DNA from: the human T2T-CHM13v2.0 reference genome, Homo sapiens
Direction: 5' to 3' (one strand)
Assembly (NCBI RefSeq): GCF_009914755.1
Contig: NC_060931.1
DNA length: 64,000 nt
Position numbers and translations under genes: made by a program. The notes beneath the pieces are model-generated. The model was not told the origin of the DNA, ran no database searches, and was given only the letters and a program-made list of their open reading frames with translations. Positions 43,831-64,000 of this stretch are shown piece by piece; position 1 is the stretch's first letter, and each line of letters starts with the position of its first letter.

Positions 43831-44129
43831 CTAGAAAACAAGAATGATATGAATTGAATTCTCTAGCACCAATAAAGCTTACTATATTACTCTCACTCCT
43901 GTTATAAAAATGACAGCGATGACAATATTGTAATAAATTTAATTAGGGATCTACCCTGTGTCTCATTTTAAGACTTGACAGTATGCGCTAATTGGTTTCT
44001 GTCAGCATCAGTCTCAGGCTGTGCACACAATTGGAAACTGTCTACTAAGCAGAGCCTAAAGCAAGGTATCCTGCTGTAGGAAACACAAAGAAAAAGGATT
44101 TTTAGTAGACATCATTTTTCTCACACTAT

Positions 44130-44172
44130 CTTTACCCTGAACCATCTTCACCCTGAACCATCTTTACCCTGA
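44130..44172. repeat. Short tandem repeat (~16-bp unit, ~2.5 copies)
   Basis: TTTACCCTGAACCATCTTCACCCTGAACCATCTTTACCCTGAA. Confidence 0.8.
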
Positions 44173-44280
44173 ATGTTGAAGAAATAACATGCAAGTAACT
44201 TTTAACTCTGGTATAAAAGTTAAAAGACAAAATATTAAAAATCACTACCACTATTATAATAATTGATGGATACAATATAA

Positions 44281-44475
<195 letters not shown>

Positions 44476-44482
44476 TAGCTAA

Positions 44483-44650
<168 letters not shown>

Positions 44651-44955
44651 TAAATTCAGAAATCTATTTAGTGTTTGAGGTATCTTAAAATAAAGGTGGT
44701 GTAAATCATAGGAAAAGAGAAATGGAAGAAATGGAATTAACAGTTAGTTACAGTTACCTGTTACATTCTAGACTCTGTGTGTCAGATCCTGACACTTACA
44801 CTTCAAGAAAAAAAAACCCTTAATAGAGATGTCATTGATCCCATAGCATAGATAAGTTAACAGTCTCAGGGAAGATGAGTGAATTGTTCAGGATCTTTTG
44901 GCTTTTAAGCAGAGAAGCTAGGATGGAAATCTAAATCTATATATATATACTTTCA

Positions 44956-45277
<322 letters not shown>

Positions 45278-46132
45278 TTAAGCTAATATTTTAGGCATTT
45301 ACTAGCATAAAATATTTACACAAATAAAGAGTTTAGTCATCTTTACTACTGCCCTGATTCTAAAACCAGAGACAATACAGCATTCTGCATCCAAGCCCCA
45401 TCTACTGTTTTTGAGGCTAAGTCCTTGGCAAGTGCATTTGAGAGTTGGAGGCTCCCTTTTACCACTCAAGACCTACTTGTGAAATAGGGGCCCTTCCTTG
45501 TATGCAGAAAACAGAGAAGATGGGGGCCCTGACCAACCTTGCCTAGTTCATGAGGCAGTGGCTCATTGTGTGGGGAAGCAATCCAAAGAACCTCAGACTG
45601 CTGCTCCTCCACAATGAGCTCTCAGTTGCCAGAAGTGCCTGAAGCTTCAGGGTCGGGGGGTAACCTGCCATTGTTTCCACCCACAATTCCAGAACCCTGT
45701 CTCAGAGATTTTGGCTTGGAGGGGAAACAGGCCAAGAAACAGAGAAAACCCATCCAAAAATTTAAATGTAATCCCAAGGGACCTGAATAGCCAAAAAAAT
45801 ATTGAAAGACCAAAGTTAGAGATCTCACACTTCTAGAATTCAAAACACATTACAAAGGTACAGTAATCAAAATAGTTTGGGAGTAGCATAAAGACAGACA
45901 TGTAGACCAATGGAATCAAATACAGAGTCCAGGGTTAAACCTCCCTTACCTATTCTTCTGTTGATGGACATTTGGGTTGCTTCCATCTCTCAGCTACTGT
46001 GAATAATAATGTGATTTATATGCTTTACAAATATCTAAGTAAGTCTCTACTTTCGATTCTTTCAGATATATACCCAGAAAGAGGATTGTTAGATCATATG
46101 GTAATTTTATTTTCAATTTTGGAGAAACCACC

Positions 46133-46486
46133 TGTATTAGTCTATTTTCATGCTGCTGATCAAGATATACCTGAGACTGGGAAGAAAAAGAGGTTTCATT
46201 GGACTTACAGTTCCACGTGGCTGGGGAGGCCTTAAAAGCGTCATGGGAGGTGAATGGCACTTCTTACATGGCAGCGGCAAGAGAAAATTGGAAGAAGCAA
46301 AAGCAGAAACCCCTGATACATACATCAGATCTCATGAGACTTATTCACTATCATGAGAATAGCACGGGAAAGACCTGCCCCCCACGTTTTAATTATCTTC
46401 CACTGGGTCCCTCCAAAAATACGTGGGAATTCTGGGAGATACAATTCAAGTTGAGATTTGGGTGCAGACACAGCCAAACCATATCA
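46133..46486 (-). mobile_element. THE1 (THE1C-like) MaLR solo LTR
   Basis: TG..CA termini; 5-bp TSD CCACC (46128-46132 / 46487-46491); THE1 consensus motifs. Confidence 0.9.
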
Positions 46487-47468
46487 CCACCTTACTGTTT
46501 TTCATAGTGGTTCTAGATGAGAAAAACTGTAAAACACTATTGAAAAAATCAGGGACAGGCCTGGTGCGGTGGCTCATGCCTGTAATCCTAGCACTTTGGG
46601 AGGCTGAGGCAGGTGGATCACCTGAGGTCTGGAGTTCAAAACCAGCCTGGCCAACATGGCGAAACACCATCTCTACTAAAAATACAAAAAAAAAAAAGGA
46701 AACCCTCAGGGACTATCTAAATAAATGGAAAGACATTCCATGTACATGGATAGAAAGACTCAATATTGTCAAGATGACAATTTTCCATAACTTAACCTAT
46801 GGATTCACCACAATCCCAGTCAAAATTTCACCAAATTATTTTGTGAATAACAAATAATAAATAATATGTAATAACAAACAAATAATAACAAACTAACTCC
46901 AAAATTTATATGAAAAGGCAAAAGAACTAGAATAGCCAACACAATACTGAAGAACAACAATTTACTACAAAGCCATAGTAATTAAAACAGCATGGCATGG
47001 ACAAAATAACAGACAAACAGATCAATGGAACAGAGTAGAGAGCCCAGAAATATGCCTACACAAATAGAGTCAATTGATATTTGACAAAGAAGCAATGGGA
47101 ATTCAATGGAGAAAAGATATTCTTTTCAACAAATGGTGCTGGAACAGGATATTCACATGCAAAAATAAGAATCTATAAACAGACCTTACGTATTTCACAA
47201 AATTAACTCAAATTGGATCATAGACCTAAATGTATAGCATAAAATGATAAAATTCTTACAAGATAATGTAGAGTCCCAATTAGGGAAGGGGAGTCAGGCT
47301 TGTGGGAGCAGAGGAAAGAAAAAAAAAAAGCAGATAAGCTACAAGTATGCCTTTCTTCATAATCCAGAACACACAGCCCTCCTGCACAAATAACTCACAA
47401 TCTTCCTGTGTCTAGGTATCAGTAGACCCTTGGCTGATACAAAAAGTTGCAAGTTAAGTCACTGCCAC

Positions 47469-48150
47469 TGATAGTGGCAGGAGGTGGACAAATGCCTAGG
47501 CAGATAGGGGCAAGTTCCCAGGGAAATCCCACCTCCAAGCCAAAGACAGTTTAAAGCCTGAAAGCCAAGCTACAAGTCAAATCCATGGACTGGATTGAGA
47601 ACCTGTCTTCCTGCTTGGTGCACTTTCCTCAGACTGATCCCCACCCTTCAGCTGTTTTACATATACCTATGCTTCCTAATTTTTTTTTTTTTTTACATAG
47701 TTGTGCCCACCTTTGGGTGGTGCCTTTGTTTTAACCTTTTTGCATACTCACAAACCAATCAGCACGCACTCCCCTATTCTGAGTCCACAAAAGCCCTGGG
47801 CTTAGCCACACAAGGAGAGAAACCACCCCCAGGTCCCCTCTCCACTGAAAGCTGTTCCATCACTCAATAAAATTCCTCTCTGCTTTCCTCATCCTTCAAT
47901 TGTCAGGGTATCCTCATTCTTCTTGGATGTGGGAAAAAAGCTCATGAATCGCCGATCTCAGGTAGAAGCTATAACACAGGCAGGCTAGGGCATGATAGCC
48001 CAGCCGGAGGCTGAGCCACTGTGCAAGCCAGACTGGGCCAAGTGGACGGGGAGCCTCCTGTGTGGCAGGTAGCATGCCCAAGCAAGGCCCAGGTGGGGAT
48101 GTCACTGGCCAGACGTCCCTGGCTGAGAATGACTGAGGAATCCTGCATCA
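47469..48150 (+). mobile_element. MER50-like solo LTR nested in the host LTR
   Basis: TGATAG..GCATCA termini; 4-bp TSD CCAC/CAAC; internal AATAAA. Confidence 0.7.
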
Positions 48151-48348
48151 CAACCTTGGCATTATCAGCACCATACAAAGCCCTCTTCAGCATACAGCCT
48201 AAGAACTATCCTATACAATCTCCAGCAATCCTTTGTTGGTTTGCAGTCAGCTTCTTTCTTGCAAGCTGCCCATTGCCTCCCTAGCAATGTATGTTTCTAC
48301 TTTCTTTAATAAATCTACCTTCCTTACCTACAACAAGGTAAATTCTTT

Positions 48349-48443
48349 CTTTCTTTCTTTCTTTTTTTTTTAAGAGAAAATCTCACTCTGTCACCCAGGC
48401 TGGAGTGCAGTTGTGCAATCTTGGCTCATTGCAACCTCTGCCT
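48349..48443 (-). mobile_element. Severely 5'-truncated Alu with 18-bp TSD
   Basis: TSD CAACAAGGTAAATTCTTT at 48331-48348 and 48444-48461. Confidence 0.9.
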
Positions 48444-48650
48444 CAACAAGGTAAATTCTTTTATGCCTGTGCCACCAGTCCAGGTAGTCATCACTACCTC
48501 ACAACAGATAACATAAAAGGAAATATAGGAGACTTTGGGTTTAGCAATGACTTCATTGATGTAACACTGAAAACATGATCGATGAATAGAAAGAATAGAT
48601 GAGTTGGACTTCATTAAAACTAAAACTTCTGGGCTGGGTGTGGTGGCTCA

Positions 48651-48932
<282 letters not shown>

Positions 48933-49353
48933 CTAAAACTTCTGGTAGTCAAAGACACTGTTAAAGATAACAAGATAAGCCGCAGACTGAGAGAAAATCT
49001 CTGTAAAACACACACTTGATAAAGGACTGATGTCCAAAATATACAAAGAACTCTTAGAACTCAACAACAAGAAAATGAACAACCCGATTAAAAATGGGCA
49101 CAAGATCCAAATAGCCACCTCAACAAAAAAGATATTCAGATAACAAATTAAGATGTAAAAAAGGTCCCAGCTACTCGGAGAGGCTGAGGCAGGAGAATGG
49201 CGTGAACCCGGGAGGCAGAGCTTGAAGTGAGCCGAGATCGAGCCACTGCACTCCAGCCTGGGTGACAGAGTGAGACTCTGTCTCAAAAAAAAAAAATACT
49301 GGTGGACAGTGGTGAATAATAGTTTTATATTCCTTTAAAAAATAAGAAAATGG

Positions 49354-49807
49354 TTGAACTAGTTTACAGTCCCACCAACAGTGTAAAAGTGTTCCTGTTT
49401 CTCCACATCCTCTCCAGCACCTGTTGTTTCCTGACTTTTTAATGATTGCCATTCTAACTGGTGTGAGATGGTATCTCATGTGGTTTTGATTTGCATTTCT
49501 CTGATGGCCAGTGATGGTGAGCATTTTTTCATGTACAAAAAAACAAACACCGCATATTCTCACTCATAGGTGGGAATTGAACAATGAGAACACATGGACA
49601 CAGCAGGGGAACATCACAGTCTGGGGACTGTTGTGGGGTGGGGGGTGGGGGGAGGGGGGAGGGATAGCATTGGGAGATATGCTTAATGCTAGATGACGAG
49701 TTAGTGGGTGCAGCACACCAGCATGGCACATGTATACGTATGTAACTAACCTGCACATTGTGCACATGTACCCTAAAACTTAAAGTGTAATAATAATTAA
49801 TTAATTA
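49354..49807 (+). mobile_element. Short twin-primed (5'-inverted) L1PA element
   Basis: Antisense ORF2 49354-~49533, sense 3'UTR ~49535-49807; TSD AAAAAATAAGAAAATGG 49337-49353 / 49808-49824; TT/AAAA site; GAG diagnostic. Confidence 0.9.
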
Positions 49808-49824
49808 AAAAAATAAGAAAATGG

Positions 49825-53400
<3,576 letters not shown>

Positions 53401-53545
53401 GAATTAAATCTAAATAAATCTGTTTACAAAGAATCAATTCTCAAAAGAAGTTTTTCAAAATAAAAAAATTAAAAAATTTTCACACTGGATTCTGGATAAA
53501 AACTCATTTATAGCCTCTTTGTCAGATATTGTTACTGAAACTTAC

Positions 53546-53633
53546 ATTAATTGAGGAGTTCGCTTGAGCAGCAGTTTCTTCATCTGCTGGGAGCTGATAT
53601 ATCTGGAGGCCACTGCTAATCAATTCACTCATT
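53546..53633 (-). pseudogene. SEPTIN14 pseudogene exon, 3' half (downstream of L1HS)
   Basis: [29 protein letters not shown]|gtaag, donor at 53545-53544. Confidence 0.93.
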
Positions 53634-53874
53634 ATCTTACTCTTTTTTTTTTTTAATTTTTTTTTTTTTATTATACTCTAAGTTTTAGGGTACATGTGCA
53701 CATTGTGCAGGTTAGTTACATATGTATACATGTGCCATGCTGGTGCGCTGCACCCACTAACGTGTCATCTAGCATTAGGTATATCTCCCAATGCTATCCC
53801 TCCCCCCTCCCCCGACCCCACCACAGTCCCCAGAGTGTGATATTCCCCTTCCTGTGTCCATGTGATCTCGTTGT

Positions 53875-57723
<3,849 letters not shown>

Positions 57724-57762
57724 TCATTAGTTGATGCAGTTTCTTCCTAGTCTCGATGGTCT

Positions 57763-58779
57763 TTACATTTTGGCATGATTTTGCAGCGGCTGGTACCGGT
57801 TGTTCCTTTCCATGTTTAGCGCTTCCTTCAGGAGCTCTTTTAGGGCAGGCCTGGTGGTGACAAAATCTCTCAGCATTTGCTTGTCTGTAAAGTATTTTAT
57901 TTCTCCTTCACTTATGAAGCTTAGTTTGGCTGGATATGAAATTCTGGGTTGAAAATTCTTTTCTTTAAGAATGTTGAATATTGGCCCCCACTCTCTTCTG
58001 GCTTGTAGGGTTTCTGCCGAGAGATCCGCTGTTAGTCTGATGGGCTTTCCTTTGAGGGTAACCCGACCTTTCTCTCTGGCTGCCCTTAACATTTTTTCCT
58101 TCATTTCAACTTTGGTGAATCTGACAATTATGTGTCTTGGAGTTGTTCTTCTCGAGGAGTATCTTTGTGGCGTTCTCTGTATTTCCTGAATCTGAACATT
58201 GGCCTGCCTTGCTAGATTGGGGAAGTTCTCCTGGATAATATCCTGCAGAGTGTTTTCCAACTTGGTTCCATTCTCCACATCACTTTCAGGTACACCAATC
58301 AGACGTAGATTTGGTCTTTTCACATAGTCCCATATTTCTTGGAGGCTTTGCTCATTTCTTTTTATTCTTTTTTCTCTAAACTTCCCTTCTCGCTTCATTT
58401 CATTCATTTCATCTTCCATTGCTGATACCCTTTCTTCCAGTTGATCGCATCGGCTCCTGAGGCTTCTGCATTCTTCACGTAGTTCTCGAGCCTTGGTTTT
58501 CAGCTCCATCAGCTCCTTTAAGCACTTCTCTGTATTGGTTATTCTAGTTATACATTCTTCTAAATTTTTTTCAAAGTTTTCAACTTCTTTGCCTTTGGTT
58601 TGAATGTCCTCCCGTAGCTCAGAGTAATTTGATCGTCTGAAGCCTTCTTCTCTCAGCTCGTCAAAATCATTCTCCATCCAGCTTTGTTCCGTTGCTGGTG
58701 AGGAACTGCGTTCCTTTGGAGGAGGAGAGGTGCTCTGCGTTTTAGAGTTTCCAGTTTTTCTGTTCTGTTTTTTCCCCAT
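57763..58779 (-). CDS. LINE-1 ORF1p, 338 aa, intact
   Basis: MGKKQNRK..; REKG, ARR and YPAKLS motifs present. Confidence 0.97.
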   Translation of the reverse strand: MGKKQNRKTGNSKTQSTSPPPKERSSSPATEQSWMENDFDELREEGFRRSNYSELREDIQTKGKEVENFEKNLEECITRITNTEKCLKELMELKTKARELREECRSLRSRCDQLEERVSAMEDEMNEMKREGKFREKRIKRNEQSLQEIWDYVKRPNLRLIGVPESDVENGTKLENTLQDIIQENFPNLARQANVQIQEIQRTPQRYSSRRTTPRHIIVRFTKVEMKEKMLRAAREKGRVTLKGKPIRLTADLSAETLQARREWGPIFNILKEKNFQPRISYPAKLSFISEGEIKYFTDKQMLRDFVTTRPALKELLKEALNMERNNRYQPLQNHAKM

Positions 58780-59607
58780 CTTTGTGGTTTTATCTACTTT
58801 TGGTCTTTGATGATGGTGATGTACAGATGGGTTTTCGGTGTAGATGTCCTTTCTGGTTGTTAGTTTTCCTTCTAACAGACAGGACCCTCAGCTGCAGGTC
58901 TGTTGGAATACCCTGCCGTGTGAGGTGTCAGTGTGCCCCTGCTGGGGGGTGCCTCCCAGTTAGGCTGCTCGGGGGTCAGGGTTCAGGGACCCACTTGAGG
59001 AGGCAGTCTGCCCGTTCTCAGATCTCCAGCTGCGTGCTGGGAGAACCACTGCTCTCTTCAAAGCTGTCAGACAGGGACACTTAAGTCTGCAGAGGTTACT
59101 GCTGTCTTTTTGTTTGTCTGTGCCCTGCCCCCAGAGGTGGAGCCTACAGAGGCAGGCAGGCCCCGCCCCTCCCCCAGCCTCGTTGCCGCCTTGCAGTTTG
59201 ATCTCAGACTGCTGTGCTAGCAATCAGCGAGATTCCGTGGGCGTAGGACCCTCTGAGCCAGGTGTGGGATATAGTCTCGTGGTGCGCCGTTTCTTAAGCC
59301 GGTCTGAAAAGCGCAATATTCGGGTGGGAGTGACCCGATTTTCCAGGTGCGTCTGTCACCCCTTTCTTTGACTCGGAAAGGGAACTCCCTGACCCCTTGC
59401 GCTTCCCAGGTGAGGCAATGCCTCGCCCTGCTTCGGCTTGCGCACGGTGCGCGCACACACTGGCCTGCGCCCACTGTCTGGCACTCCCTAGTGAGATGAA
59501 CCCGGTACCTCAGATGGAAATGCAGAAATCACCCGTCTTCTGCGTCGCTCACGCTGGGAGCTGTAGACCAGAGCTGTTCCTATTCGGCCATCTTGGCTCC
59601 TCCCCCC
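58780..59607 (-). promoter_or_regulatory. L1 5'UTR internal promoter with intact YY1 site and ~80-bp internal deletion
   Basis: CCAAGATGGCC at 59596-59586; UTR is 828 nt vs ~900 typical; deletion junction at 59161-59164. Confidence 0.88.
59164..59371 (+). pseudogene. L1 antisense ORF0 body lacking its ATG
   Basis: APPPASLPPCSLISDCCASNQRDSVGVGPSEPGVGYSLVVRRFLSRSEKRNIRVGVTRFSRCVCHPFL*; N-terminal Met removed by the 5'UTR deletion. Confidence 0.85.
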
Positions 59608-59681
59608 ATCTTACTCTTAAAAGTCTGTAAATCATTTTTAGAAATTGTGTCTGCTTTGGCAATCAGCGGTATAATGTTCAC
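59608..59681 (-). pseudogene. SEPTIN14 pseudogene exon, 5' half (upstream of L1HS), septin G4 motif
   Basis: tcttaatag|VNIIPLIAKADTISKNDLQTFKSK; 74+88=162 bp restores an open 54-codon exon. Confidence 0.93.
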
Positions 59682-60180
59682 CTATTAAGAAAAAAGACAA
59701 AATCTCAGCATCAAGGATTCCTTGTTCATCCTATAGTTTTTATAGTAAAGCCTTCACAAACTCTGACAACAAATTGTGAAACTAGATAATCACTGGCTGT
59801 CATGCCTTTCTTAAAAATTATTTTCCAAAGTTATCAATACTTTTGAAGATTCATCTTCTATCTAAATTCAGGTTTACAAGTCTCAACCTTGTTGCTCTTT
59901 TAAAAATCCCTTACACCTCTACACATATGGAGTTAGTAAAATGTAAATAGTAGGACAATGTAAATTATTTATTTTCAACTTTCTTATTAAGCTGAGTGAT
60001 TAAAGACAAATTGAATGACATTTCATCAAAATTATGGAAGAGATTTTGTCTTTCTACTTTTTCCATCACTTTTTCCATCAATTAATCTTAATTAATGTCC
60101 CATTTTCACACACTCTTGCCCCACCTAGATGTGTTTGCAGATAGATTTGATTTTGTTTTCCAAAGGCCACCTAAAAAGAA

Positions 60181-64000
<3,820 letters not shown>

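Larger units (their letters stand above)
47267..48506 (+). mobile_element. ERV1 solo LTR (LTR15-like) carrying nested MER50-like LTR and truncated Alu
   Basis: TG..CA termini; 5-bp TSD GATAA (47262-47266 / 48507-48511) within L1M; subfamily name recalled. Confidence 0.75.

Overview
Primate (almost certainly human) genomic DNA, repeat-dense, with no intact cellular protein-coding gene. Main content, all on the minus strand: (1) a processed SAPCD2 pseudogene (CDS homology 18464-19636) with a CpG-rich 5' part and a pure (CGG)9; (2) an unprocessed, duplicated SEPTIN14 pseudogene whose last five coding exons lie at 59681-59608+53633-53546, 43830-43734, 31338-31177, 29504-29373 and 22490-~22318, with canonical splice sites but a premature stop and frameshifts; (3) a full-length pre-Ta L1HS (53645-59607) inserted into one of those exons with an 11-bp TSD. 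Both L1 ORFs are open, but ORF2 has lost one catalytic Asp of the RT motif (FADD->FAD), and the 5'UTR has lost ~80 bp including the ORF0 start codon. Also present: two twin-primed L1PA insertions, a U6 fragment inside an Alu tail, nested LTRs, a probable orphan 3'UTR retrocopy, two templated local duplications, ~50 Alus and old L1/MIR/L2/DNA elements. The SAPCD2P-SEPTIN14P arrangement suggests the chr7 pericentromeric duplications (SAPCD2P4/SEPTIN14P1 from memory, unverified). I see no evidence for a wholly new biological system; the RT-dead, EN-intact, ORF0-less L1HS is the most notable item. Parent-protein and repeat-consensus comparisons were made from memory, not by alignment tools.
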